A stretch of 64,000 bases of DNA, taken from contig MAGU01000051.1 in the NCBI GenBank assembly GCA_001717025.1, forward strand, positions 227 to 64,226, read 5' to 3'. Origin of the DNA: Candidatus Methanomethylicus oleisabuli. Lineage in GTDB: Archaea > Thermoproteota > Methanomethylicia > Methanomethylicales > Methanomethylicaceae. Under the pieces are notes generated by a model that worked only from the letters and a program-made list of their open reading frames with translations, searched no databases and was not told the origin of the DNA. The translations under genes and the position numbers were made by a program. Below, in pieces: positions 28,418-37,496 of this stretch; the stretch's first letter is position 1, and every line of letters begins with the position of its first letter.

Positions 28418-28493
28418 TCCTCACCTCGTATTGTTTCGCCACGTGGCGCCTCCTCTACGCGCAGGTGGCCGGAGTGAGAGCCTTCCCCGCTGA

Positions 28494-28874
28494 TTAAACA
28501 CCAAGCGAGCGTAGCAGCTTATCGACATCTTGGAGGTCCATGTCCTCGCCCTTCTCCTCCTCCCCCTTCTTCGCCAACGGCTGTTGTGGCAACATCGGCA
28601 CGCTATAGCCAACCGCCTCCTTCTCCCCGAGAGTTATGTAACCGACAACTCTGCCCTTCATGCCGCGGATCTCGATAGGGCTATCTATCTCGATGTGCAG
28701 GCTCGCTGAGAATTTGCCCTCCTCGATCTGCCTCTTGATATACTTGTAAACTGCTTCCTCTATGTAACGCTTAAGCTCCTCGCTCATCTGGCGTTCACAT
28801 ATTCCAATCAGTCCATTGAAATAATAAGGATTGCCGCTTTGATAGAACGCGCCAACCCCAATCAAAAACCGCAA
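28494..28874 (-). CDS. hypothetical protein (97-126 aa)
   Basis: ORF with an acidic C-terminal tail. The likely start is the internal MSEELKRY. No motifs. Confidence 0.3.
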   Translation of the reverse strand: MRFLIGVGAFYQSGNPYYFNGLIGICERQMSEELKRYIEEAVYKYIKRQIEEGKFSASLHIEIDSPIEIRGMKGRVVGYITLGEKEAVGYSVPMLPQQPLAKKGEEEKGEDMDLQDVDKLLRSLGV

Positions 28875-29070
28875 CCGGTCTCTGAACGGCAGGGCCCCTT
28901 CATACCACTCCGCCTCTTGGGTCTATGCCTTGGCGAAGCTAATGACAGCCGGCGCCCTCTTGCCGAGAACGATGCCTGCCATGAACATTGCGAGGCCCGC
29001 CAGAATGCAAATCTGCGCGGCATCGTCGCAATCCAATAGATATAAGGCTGCTCCTGCACATAAGAACAGG

Positions 29071-29610
29071 ATGCCTGCTAGCAGAAGCCTCCAAGGCAAC
29101 GCCCCCAATCCCCCGAACATAATCGCTTACGTGGTAACCGCTGCGGCGATAATCTTGGGTGTGTACTATCTTCCTAATTACCTCTTTCTCGAGATCTCGA
29201 CTGCTAACCACGCCGCATCTCTGCTCTCTGTCGTCGGAATAGACGTCCAGTCTGCCTGCACCGGCACCGCCGCGTTTCTCGACGACATCCGAATAGTGAA
29301 GGAGTGCACCGGCATACAGGTCATCTCTGTCTTCTTAGGTCTTATTATTCCGCTGCCAAACGCAGGATGGACGAGGAAGCTTTTGACCATATCGATTGTT
29401 TCTGCAGCCCTCTACGTCGCAAACGTGGTTCGAATAGCCCTCGAATTCTCTCTCGTCCACTTCGGGATCCTGCCGTGGTCGCTCGCCCATTATCCTATGA
29501 GCCTCCTGCTAGGGGTAATCGGCGTGGTCGTGCTCGCAGTAATTGCCGATGAGGTGCTGCCCGAGTTCGGCGCCTTCCTGTTATCTGCCATCCGCAGGCG
29601 CCCTCAGTAA
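29071..29610 (+). CDS. archaeosortase/exosortase-family membrane protein (short form)
   Basis: Polytopic. Conserved Cys in the VKECTGIQ context, and about 40 aa later the NxxR motif (VANVVRIAL), matching the exosortase/archaeosortase active-site spacing. It is convergent with and overlaps the 3' end of a PGF-CTERM protein gene. The start is uncertain (listed ORF 28930). Confidence 0.5.
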   Translation: MPASRSLQGNAPNPPNIIAYVVTAAAIILGVYYLPNYLFLEISTANHAASLLSVVGIDVQSACTGTAAFLDDIRIVKECTGIQVISVFLGLIIPLPNAGWTRKLLTISIVSAALYVANVVRIALEFSLVHFGILPWSLAHYPMSLLLGVIGVVVLAVIADEVLPEFGAFLLSAIRRRPQ

Positions 29611-30710
29611 CGCATCGGTGCCTCGGGCGCAGGAAGCGCACGCCTCTTTGACAGGAAGTATATCACAAAGAGCCCTAAACCAAGACCTATAACGATCGAT
29701 TCGAGCGGGAATCCTGGTATCTCAAGCCCCCCAACGGTATAAGAGTAATCAACCGACTCCGTCAGGTCGCCGTGGACATCTGTCACCGCTATATGGAACT
29801 CAACGGTTGCCCCACTTGCCTGCCTCGGGATGGTGGCTTTGTAGAGCGAGCCAGATCGCACCATCGAAAGCGTCTTCTCTGACCCGCCATTCACCGAGTA
29901 GATCAGTAGCACCCCCCTTACCTCATTCGCCTCAAGGCTGAGCGAGGCAGTCACCGTTACGTCATCGTCATCCTGCGGAGATTGGGGTGAGTAGCTGACG
30001 CTCGAGATAACTGCATTCAGCGGGAACGCATCCCAATAGCCATCGTTGAAGTCTGGCGGGGTCCATCCCAGCGGGTTATTCTCTCCGGTAGCCTCGACCC
30101 AGATCCAGCCATTACCCCTGCCATCGAGTATGTCCCAGTAGATGTTGGCGTTTGGGTACTCCGGGAGCCAGATCAATAGCGCCACGTGGGACTCCGTCAG
30201 CACCAGCGCCACGTCGAACCCTGCGCCAAGGTATGTCGTTGCGCAAAGGAGCGCGAGATCCTCGCAGTCGCCTATCGCTACGATGTTCTTCTCCTCGTCA
30301 AAGGCATGGGCGGTCTCGTCGGCATTCCATGCCCATTCCTCTTGCGCCTCTCCTCCCATGAAGACGTTATCCTCGTCGTAGCCATACTCGGTCCACCTTT
30401 GGACATACTTCAGTATCGCCTTGGCCCTCTGAACTTCGTCCGGGTACTCCTCAAGGAAGCCCTGACCGATGCTGTAAGCCGCCTCCTTGTTGCTGCCAAT
30501 CGTCTCGTATGCGAGATTTGGCATGTAGCCGTCCTCGCCGCAGCAGTAGTTCCTACTGTAGCCCCAGCTATCGTACCATTCCCCACTCTTATATGTGAAC
30601 GTTGGTGGGTAGACGTGGCCGCTTGTATAAGCGCTTACGCCGGCCTGCGATCCCATCAGAAGCAGGACTATGACTCCAAGGATGCATCCTCTCTGTATGC
30701 CCATCAACAT
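29604..30710 (-). CDS. secreted transglutaminase-like (Cys-His-Asp fold) protein with C-terminal PGF-CTERM sorting signal
   Basis: N-terminal signal peptide. GDCEDLALLC...SHVALLIW...WIWVEATGE fits the transglutaminase-like core. The C-terminus EIPGFPLESIVIGLGLGLFVIYFLSKRR is a PGF motif plus TM helix plus basic tail. Confidence 0.65.
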   Translation of the reverse strand: MLMGIQRGCILGVIVLLLMGSQAGVSAYTSGHVYPPTFTYKSGEWYDSWGYSRNYCCGEDGYMPNLAYETIGSNKEAAYSIGQGFLEEYPDEVQRAKAILKYVQRWTEYGYDEDNVFMGGEAQEEWAWNADETAHAFDEEKNIVAIGDCEDLALLCATTYLGAGFDVALVLTESHVALLIWLPEYPNANIYWDILDGRGNGWIWVEATGENNPLGWTPPDFNDGYWDAFPLNAVISSVSYSPQSPQDDDDVTVTASLSLEANEVRGVLLIYSVNGGSEKTLSMVRSGSLYKATIPRQASGATVEFHIAVTDVHGDLTESVDYSYTVGGLEIPGFPLESIVIGLGLGLFVIYFLSKRRALPAPEAPMRY

Positions 30711-30716
30711 CCTCTT

Positions 30717-31196
30717 CTAGCCCAACGGGAGCACAAGGCTGGCATACATGATCAGCCCTAAGAACACCTCGTAGCTGAACATGAAGATGCCTACCGCTAT
30801 AGGCGATTTGTTCACGTTGTCCAAGTCGATGCCAAAGAGCCTCAGCTTAGCAAAGACGATGTAGAAGAGCCACCCGAATAGTAGGCTCACCGCAAAGCTC
30901 ATCACGACGATTAGGAGGCGTTCCAGGTTGAAGTATGCCCCGATTAGCACGTTCTGCCCAAGGAAGAATGGATTTACCATAGACCCGTAAATCACAAGAC
31001 CTGCAAAGACAACGAAGCCGCTGACAAAGAGGCTCGTCGCTATGGGGTCCTCACGGATCTTCCCAAACTCGTTGATCTCCGTGGTGATGTAAGCTATTCC
31101 TCTTATCCCAAAATACCCCAATAGAAGGCATATTAAGCTCGATACAAACGCACGTGCAAACCAAAGCAACACCGACGTCAAGAATTCCGTGCTCAC
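30717..31196 (-). CDS. hypothetical four-TM membrane protein
   Basis: 159 aa with four hydrophobic helices and a GTG start. It lies downstream of the PGF-CTERM protein on the same strand. Confidence 0.4.
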   Translation of the reverse strand: MSTEFLTSVLLWFARAFVSSLICLLLGYFGIRGIAYITTEINEFGKIREDPIATSLFVSGFVVFAGLVIYGSMVNPFFLGQNVLIGAYFNLERLLIVVMSFAVSLLFGWLFYIVFAKLRLFGIDLDNVNKSPIAVGIFMFSYEVFLGLIMYASLVLPLG

Positions 31197-31521
31197 AACA
31201 ATTCCCCGCTTAGATGGAATCCTACCAAAGGGTCCGTCTCAATTACCCATGCAACTTCAAATCATATATTCCTTTCACAACGCGTAGTATGTCCTTGTCA
31301 CGCTCTGCGATGCCCTCTTAGCGTTCTGTGTCGCACGTTGTATGGTCTATGGTTGGCAAATGCTCAAGTGATCTCATGCAAAGCATGGGGACTAGTGTAT
31401 AATTCAGCGTTAAAGGATGCCTTTTAGGTTTTTACACTAAGGGCAACGCGAAAGGGCACGTGGCAGTCCAGTCGCCAGCATTTAATCAGCGTTGTAGTGT
31501 AGCCACACACATGACGCTTGA

Positions 31522-32625
31522 TCAAGCATTGAGCGCACCTGTTGTTGAGAGAACCTTCACCGAGCGGGAATTGAACGCAATCCAGACCGTTTTCCCGCGG
31601 TCAAGGTTCGCCCCTATGAACGCATTTGCCATCAAAACAACATGGAATATGTGCCCTCTGTCGATCCGCACGCTGACCTTCACTATCGCACCAAGATCGG
31701 CATAACCCTCGACGATGCCCTTGAACAAATTTTCTGACTCCACATCAGGATTAGTTATGTGTATATCGTCCGAACGTATGCCAAAAACACATTTAAGCGC
31801 CTCACCTTCACCACACCCTCGCCATCCAGACCCCCCTGCCGACGCTTTTATTATCGCCCCTCCAACATCTACCTCGAGTAGACCATTGCTGCAACGCACC
31901 ACCTGTCCATTGAATATATTCTCATAACCAAGGAAACGCGCAACAAACTCGTTCTTGGGATTAGAGGCTATCTCCTTTGGCGATCCAGTCTGCATTATCA
32001 TCCCATCCCTCATGACGGCTATTCGGTTAGCGATACTGAATGCCTCAATCTGGTCGTGGGTCACGTGCAAAAATGAAGTTCCAGCCTCCGATTGCCTCCT
32101 CTTTAGGTAGTCCCGTAGCATCTGCCTAGTTTCAGGATCTGTTGCGCTCAAAGGCTCGTCCAGCAGCACAAGCCTTGGCTCGATAGCCATCACCCTGGCC
32201 AGCGCCACCTTCTGCATCTCCCCGCCACTGAGCGAGGCAGGAAACCTGTCAGATAGGTCAAGAATACCAAGCTCTGCGAGGACGCGGTCTGTCTTTGCCC
32301 TCAGCTGCGCCGCAGGCATGCCCCTAATCCTCAATCCGAACTCTACGTTTCGTCTCACCGTCATGTGAGGGAATAGCAGGCTCTGCTGTGGGACATACCC
32401 TATGCCGCGCCTCTCCGTGGGGATGTCCGTGATGTCTAATCCATCAAGCAAGATCCTTCCCGACTCCTGCCTGTGGATGCCCATTATTGTTTCCAGCAGC
32501 ATAGTCTTTCCGGCACCCGTTGGTCCTAGGATTACAAAATACTCGCCCGATCTTACCTCGAGTCGTATGTCCTTCAGCGAGAGGTCGCCGCACGATCTGT
32601 TGACCCCTTCGATTTTGAGGCTCAC
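31522..32625 (-). CDS. molybdate/tungstate ABC transporter ATP-binding protein with C-terminal TOBE domain
   Basis: Walker A GPTGAGKT, ABC signature LSGGEMQKVALAR, Walker B LLDEP. The about 120-aa C-terminal extension is typical of ModC/WtpC TOBE domains. Confidence 0.85.
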   Translation of the reverse strand: MSLKIEGVNRSCGDLSLKDIRLEVRSGEYFVILGPTGAGKTMLLETIMGIHRQESGRILLDGLDITDIPTERRGIGYVPQQSLLFPHMTVRRNVEFGLRIRGMPAAQLRAKTDRVLAELGILDLSDRFPASLSGGEMQKVALARVMAIEPRLVLLDEPLSATDPETRQMLRDYLKRRQSEAGTSFLHVTHDQIEAFSIANRIAVMRDGMIMQTGSPKEIASNPKNEFVARFLGYENIFNGQVVRCSNGLLEVDVGGAIIKASAGGSGWRGCGEGEALKCVFGIRSDDIHITNPDVESENLFKGIVEGYADLGAIVKVSVRIDRGHIFHVVLMANAFIGANLDRGKTVWIAFNSRSVKVLSTTGALNA

Positions 32626-33497
32626 GACCTACCCTCCGTTGGTCTAAGAAACCTACTCTGCCTAGTTAATAGCCTGCTGAATGCTATCAGAATAACGATA
32701 GCTATCATTATTAGCAGTCCATTTATCGGCAACGCTCTGGACAGCCCCTCAGTGACGAACGTATCATAGAGGTCTATTGGGGCTGTTATAGGGTAATATG
32801 CCAAAATCACGACCGCTCCGAACTCGCTCATGGACCTTGCCCATGTTAGGAGGCAGCCTGTCAGCACGCCCCTCGCCGCCAGCGGAAATGAGACATGCCT
32901 GAATACCTGTAGTTCACTGGCGCCTAGGCTTCTTGCAACATGTTCCATGGCTGGGTTGATGGAGATAAATGCGTCTTGAGCACTCCTGATCATAAATGGG
33001 GCGCTCACAAAAGCCATGGCTACGACTATTCCTATGACCGAGTCAACGAACCTAATGCCCAGCTTATTAAAGAAGCCTCCAATCATGGAGTTGGGTGTCA
33101 GGATCATAAGCAGGGCGATGCCTGCTGCGTTGTGGGGTATGAAGATAGGCAAATCGATAAGCGGTTCTATGAAATTTTTACCTGCAAATGAGTATCTTGC
33201 AAAGATGTATGCAAGAGGGATCCCAAAGATCATTGTAAACAGCATCGATAGGGACGCGCAATATACGCTTGTGATGATTGCGTTGCGTGTCCCAGAATCC
33301 TCAAGTGCTCCCGGTATACCTGTGGCTGAGCCCACTATAGAGGACGCAATTGGGAGCATGAGGAATATTACCATACCCGCGCCCAGAACTGCGGATGCAA
33401 TCATGAAAGGTGACCTTGTTCTAAGCCAGCTCAAGCCACGCCCTCCCGTGCTATTCCGCAGAGCATATCCGCTCTGCTGGGTGATGCTTTCATTCAA
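32622..33497 (-). CDS. molybdate/tungstate ABC transporter permease
   Basis: Six TM helices and an EAA-like loop (SMSEFGAVVILAYYP). It overlaps the ATPase gene by 4 nt. Confidence 0.85.
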   Translation of the reverse strand: MNESITQQSGYALRNSTGGRGLSWLRTRSPFMIASAVLGAGMVIFLMLPIASSIVGSATGIPGALEDSGTRNAIITSVYCASLSMLFTMIFGIPLAYIFARYSFAGKNFIEPLIDLPIFIPHNAAGIALLMILTPNSMIGGFFNKLGIRFVDSVIGIVVAMAFVSAPFMIRSAQDAFISINPAMEHVARSLGASELQVFRHVSFPLAARGVLTGCLLTWARSMSEFGAVVILAYYPITAPIDLYDTFVTEGLSRALPINGLLIMIAIVILIAFSRLLTRQSRFLRPTEGRS

Positions 33498-34581
33498 CTT
33501 GGGGCTCTGCCTCTATAAAAGGAATCGAAGACGCAGGTATTGCCGATGCGTTGTCAGTATAACATGTGCCGAATACTGGCATATGAGCTGCCTCGAAGAT
33601 GCCCCTCCCTGTGCCATTGACAAGAAACTCGATAAATGCTTCAGCCTGTGCTGCATTTGGCGCATTCTTGGGTATGGTGAGCCCGTAATATGTCGTGCTG
33701 CCGGTACGATCTAGATTCACCGTTGCAAAGCGTTGATGCTGATACGTCACCATCACCGTGTTGTAGTTTTGCTCCTGCGACGCGTCGCCTAGGTTTATCT
33801 CCTTGGGCAGCTCGACATATGAAAAGTTCTGCTGGATCGCCATGCTCTTATAAACGAAGCAGTAGTCGATTGTGCCTGACTCGAGCAGTGGTATCAACAT
33901 TACGCCACTCGACCTCAAGTAAACTTTGCTATTAGCCGGTGTCTGGGTTTCCGGGACACGTATGTAAGAGCCGTTGACTCCGTTATAGGACACGAACTGT
34001 GGATTGAAGTTTTTACCGATCAGCTCATAAAAGAGTTGGGGCTGTCCGTAATAGCTCTCCGCAAGCTTGATTGTGATCAGCGAGCGGTAACCTAGTGCAT
34101 CGATCTCAGGATTGGCAAAACCAAACGTCACATCGTCTCTCGTTAGTATCTCATACCAGTTCGATGCATCTATCTCTGAGGCAAAATTGCTTTGGTTCGT
34201 ATACGCTAGCACTACCTCGTTGCTAGCAAACCGTATGTACCAGTCTGAAAAAGGCTCAGTTGAGTTGGGCATACTCGTATTATACATAATTAATGGAATA
34301 AGCGAATAATCAGCTACCATCAACAGATCGACCTTCTCGCCCAGCTCGGTCACGTGCCTGATCACTTGGATGCTGCCGTGCCCCTCTATCTGTAGGTCCA
34401 CCGTTGGATTCTCACTCTCGAATGCCTCTTCAGTCAGTCGCAGGGGATACAGGAGGCTATCCGCGCAGTAAATTTTAAGGACCGTTGTCTGCTGCGCAGC
34501 CCCTTGGCCACTCTGATAAAAAAAGACCGATGCCACCGCCGCTACAGCGACGATGGCCAATGCTATGTAGAGTCTTCTCAT
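33490..34581 (-). CDS. molybdate/tungstate ABC transporter substrate-binding protein (WtpA/ModA-like)
   Basis: N-terminal signal anchor. LKIYCADSL...EGHGSIQVIRHV resembles the ModA/WtpA oxyanion-binding N-lobe. It overlaps the permease gene. Confidence 0.7.
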   Translation of the reverse strand: MRRLYIALAIVAVAAVASVFFYQSGQGAAQQTTVLKIYCADSLLYPLRLTEEAFESENPTVDLQIEGHGSIQVIRHVTELGEKVDLLMVADYSLIPLIMYNTSMPNSTEPFSDWYIRFASNEVVLAYTNQSNFASEIDASNWYEILTRDDVTFGFANPEIDALGYRSLITIKLAESYYGQPQLFYELIGKNFNPQFVSYNGVNGSYIRVPETQTPANSKVYLRSSGVMLIPLLESGTIDYCFVYKSMAIQQNFSYVELPKEINLGDASQEQNYNTVMVTYQHQRFATVNLDRTGSTTYYGLTIPKNAPNAAQAEAFIEFLVNGTGRGIFEAAHMPVFGTCYTDNASAIPASSIPFIEAEPQVE

Positions 34582-34585
34582 GAGA

Positions 34586-36043
34586 TCAACTCATAAAGGT
34601 TATTTGTATCTCAACGATGTTGCGCGCCATCTGACCCTTTGTCAACGCGGATCCCACTAGGCGGAGCGGATAGTATTTGCTCTCGAGGGGCTCGCCGTTT
34701 TCGAAGCAAGCAAGGATTATGTTATCATTATGCTTGACGAACGTGCTGTTCAATGTAGTCTTGTAGCTGTCATTGGCGATTATAGTGACGTTGTAGCCAA
34801 TGTCTGCAAGCGTCTCGTTGAAGGTATCAGGGTCGGCGTCATCGATTAGCCCGATTAGGTACCATAGCGGTGTTCCTGTCCAAGTTGTGTTGGTCGAGCT
34901 ATCCGTCCAGTTTGCCTCGTGGCTTGCTGCCTCCGCCTCCAGAGCCACGCTGCCCATCGTCCTGAAGAGGGTCCCGTTCAGCGTCAGAGTGTACTGGTCT
35001 GGCTCCGGGAATATCAGCCGGATCTCGATAACGTTGCGGATCATCTGCGTCTTCGTAAGATCAGCGCCGACTAGGCGAAGCGGCCAGTACTTAATCTCAA
35101 GCGCCGTGCCATTCTCCCAGTTTGCGAGCAGTATGTCGTTGTTCAGCTTGACGAACGTGCTGTTGAGATCAACAAAGTAGCCGTCTGCCGAGAAGATCCT
35201 AACCGTATAGCCTAGATCTGCAAGCGTCCTGTTGAATGCTCTGTCCTCGTGCACATTCTGGTCATCTATGTGGCCTACGAGGTACCAAAGTGGTATGCCC
35301 GTCCATGTGATTCCCGTTGCTGCGTCCGTCCAGTTCTCACCGTGGCACGCCACGCCAGACTCAAGGGTTGCCCTGTTCATTACTTCAAAGAGGGTCCCGT
35401 TCAGCGTCAGAGTGTACTCTGCTACGGCGGAGTGAACCTCGAGCCTCGTGACATCCTTTATCCAGAAGTGGCCATCCGTAATGAGCCCCTCAGGCCCCAC
35501 TATTGCGACCCGGAGTGGGCCTTCGTCTTCTGATAGAGCCGTGCCGTTGCGGAAGTAAGCGATGATAGTAGTTAATGCCTGATCATGTGGAACCTCGTTG
35601 CCTGTCGCGGGGTCATAGGTTGTATAGCCGCCCATTATCTGGTCGTAAGTGAACACCATCGAATAGCCGTCTGAGGCGACAATAGTAACGCTGGTTTCGT
35701 TGGTGATTCCACCGACTAGATTGCACAAGGTCACTATTGGTACCCCTGTGTAGTTCAGAACCGTGTTTATATGCCCGGCGCTGGTCACTAGAGCGCCTAA
35801 CGATGTGATTGATGCCAAATTGCCCATGGCTGTCGAGTTTAATGTTACAGTCGTACCGTTCAGTCCGACCACGGTCAACGTCATGTTAGGAAGCGGAGTG
35901 GTGTTGCCTCCGCTATTGTTAGTTCCTTGCATTGCGAATATGTGATATGCTGCAGCGCACGCTATAATGGCGACGATAGCAACTGTTGCAATGATGACTG
36001 CATTGGAAACGCCTTTTTTTAGACCTTCCTTTTGTGGAGACAT
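34586..36043 (-). CDS. secreted glycoprotein with three tandem ~145-aa repeats
   Basis: Signal anchor. Repeats begin LNGT... and end ...PLRLVG...RN.VEI. Repeats 2 and 3 are about 55% identical. More than 25 N-x-S/T sequons. Located 4 nt downstream of the substrate-binding protein gene. Confidence 0.5.
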   Translation of the reverse strand: MSPQKEGLKKGVSNAVIIATVAIVAIIACAAAYHIFAMQGTNNSGGNTTPLPNMTLTVVGLNGTTVTLNSTAMGNLASITSLGALVTSAGHINTVLNYTGVPIVTLCNLVGGITNETSVTIVASDGYSMVFTYDQIMGGYTTYDPATGNEVPHDQALTTIIAYFRNGTALSEDEGPLRVAIVGPEGLITDGHFWIKDVTRLEVHSAVAEYTLTLNGTLFEVMNRATLESGVACHGENWTDAATGITWTGIPLWYLVGHIDDQNVHEDRAFNRTLADLGYTVRIFSADGYFVDLNSTFVKLNNDILLANWENGTALEIKYWPLRLVGADLTKTQMIRNVIEIRLIFPEPDQYTLTLNGTLFRTMGSVALEAEAASHEANWTDSSTNTTWTGTPLWYLIGLIDDADPDTFNETLADIGYNVTIIANDSYKTTLNSTFVKHNDNIILACFENGEPLESKYYPLRLVGSALTKGQMARNIVEIQITFMS

Positions 36044-36200
36044 GAGAAGTGGTTATTGGTTATATTCTAATAAATATAACGCATTTCTTTCTCACGGAAT
36101 AACTATGCTCTTAATGACCGTTCGCGCATTCAAATACTTTAAGCGTTTGGGAGGTTACTATGTCGCCATTGTGGCACATATTTATGGATATGTTTACTGA

Positions 36201-37400
36201 ATGGGAACCTTTATGAATTTCTGCGAACATCAGCAAAGATGGGCGCATCATTTGAGCAACTCAAAGTACGGGGCTCTGGGCGTCGATGTAGATAAGAAGG
36301 GCATCGAGTCGCTCAGGGACTTGACCAACGACGTATTCCCAGGCTCGTTCTGCACCGTCGTACGTGATCCGAAAGACCCTAAGCGGGGGCTCATACTCCA
36401 CGAGGATGGTGCCGGAAGCAAGCCCATCGTATCCTATCTCATCTACAAGGAGACCGGCGATCCTTCATGCTTTGGGCACCTCGCCGCCGACGTCATTGCA
36501 ATGAATGTCGACGACGTCATCTGCGTGGGCGGCGTCCCTGAGGTCTTCTCAGACTATGTGGCGCTCAACGCGCTCAAGGTGGACAAGGCGGCGCTGCTAG
36601 ACTCCCTAGCGCACGGCTTTGCGGGATCATTCTCAACGCTCAGCAAGTACGGGTTGAAGCTGCTCTTCGGCGGTGGCGAGACTGCAGACCTCCCTGATGT
36701 TATAAGGACGCTCGACGTCTCTGGCACGGTCTTCGCAAGGGTAACGCTGGACGATGCCATAACCGGCGGCCGGATATCCCCTGGAGACGCGATTGTCGGC
36801 ATCAGGAGTGGCGGGAAGTGCGACTACGAAGAACGCCCCAATAGCGGACTGATGTGCAATGGGATAAGCTTGGCGCGGCACGCTCTCCTTTCACATGAAT
36901 ACCTCAAGGAGTATCCTGAGATAGGCGATCCCGGCATCATGGGGTATTACGGGCGCTTCCGTGTGGGCGACTACGTTGACGATTTGGGGATGACCGTGGG
37001 CGAGGCGATCACATCGCCGACGCGCATATACCTCCCCGTCGCCACGGAGATCCTCAAAGACGCGGACGTGAAGGCGATGGTGCACAACACTGGCGGGGGG
37101 CTCACGAAGTGCATCCGTCTTGGCAAGGAGATACTCTACATCAAGGACAGCCTGCCCGAGCCTGACCCAATATTCAAGCTGATCATGGAGGAGAGCGGCG
37201 AGTCCCCGAGGCAGATGTGCCGCAACTTCAATATGGGCATCGGATTCGAGGTTATCGTAGGGAAGGGCGACGTGGATGCCGTCCTGAGCGCCGCACGCAA
37301 GTTCGGCGTAGACGCCCAGCTGATCGGCAGGTGCGAAAGGCGCCCGGGTGGAAACGCCGTCAGGCTGAAGACCAGCTACGGGGAGTTCAACTACCCCTGA
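36201..37400 (+). CDS. PurM-like (AIR synthase-related) protein, possibly a divergent phosphoribosylformylglycinamidine cyclo-ligase
   Basis: GVDVDKKG...HEDGAGSK...DVIAMNVDDVICVGG...GGGETADLP parallels PurM motifs (GVDIDAG, DGVGTK, MCVNDL, GGETAEMP). It is about 50 aa longer than a typical PurM. Confidence 0.55.
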   Translation: MGTFMNFCEHQQRWAHHLSNSKYGALGVDVDKKGIESLRDLTNDVFPGSFCTVVRDPKDPKRGLILHEDGAGSKPIVSYLIYKETGDPSCFGHLAADVIAMNVDDVICVGGVPEVFSDYVALNALKVDKAALLDSLAHGFAGSFSTLSKYGLKLLFGGGETADLPDVIRTLDVSGTVFARVTLDDAITGGRISPGDAIVGIRSGGKCDYEERPNSGLMCNGISLARHALLSHEYLKEYPEIGDPGIMGYYGRFRVGDYVDDLGMTVGEAITSPTRIYLPVATEILKDADVKAMVHNTGGGLTKCIRLGKEILYIKDSLPEPDPIFKLIMEESGESPRQMCRNFNMGIGFEVIVGKGDVDAVLSAARKFGVDAQLIGRCERRPGGNAVRLKTSYGEFNYP

Positions 37401-37496
37401 CAGGGTGCGCACAGTGCTGATTTGCTTGGCAAGCAAGTCAGGGTCATCCTTTTAAGCGCCCCGAAGCCAGATCATCCTCTTGTTCGGTGTCTCCCT

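Noticed and set aside
29415-29440. tRNA T-loop-like string ggttcgaata
   Set aside because: It lies inside the archaeosortase coding sequence. No acceptor or anticodon stem complementarity could be built around it.
34586-36043. Repeats as sulfite-oxidase-like molybdopterin-binding domains (because of the PLRLVG motif)
   Set aside because: The Mo-ligand cysteine context is not conserved across repeats (Cys in repeat 2, Ser in repeat 3). The repeats are too short for the Mo domain. I kept the call as an uncharacterised repeat protein.
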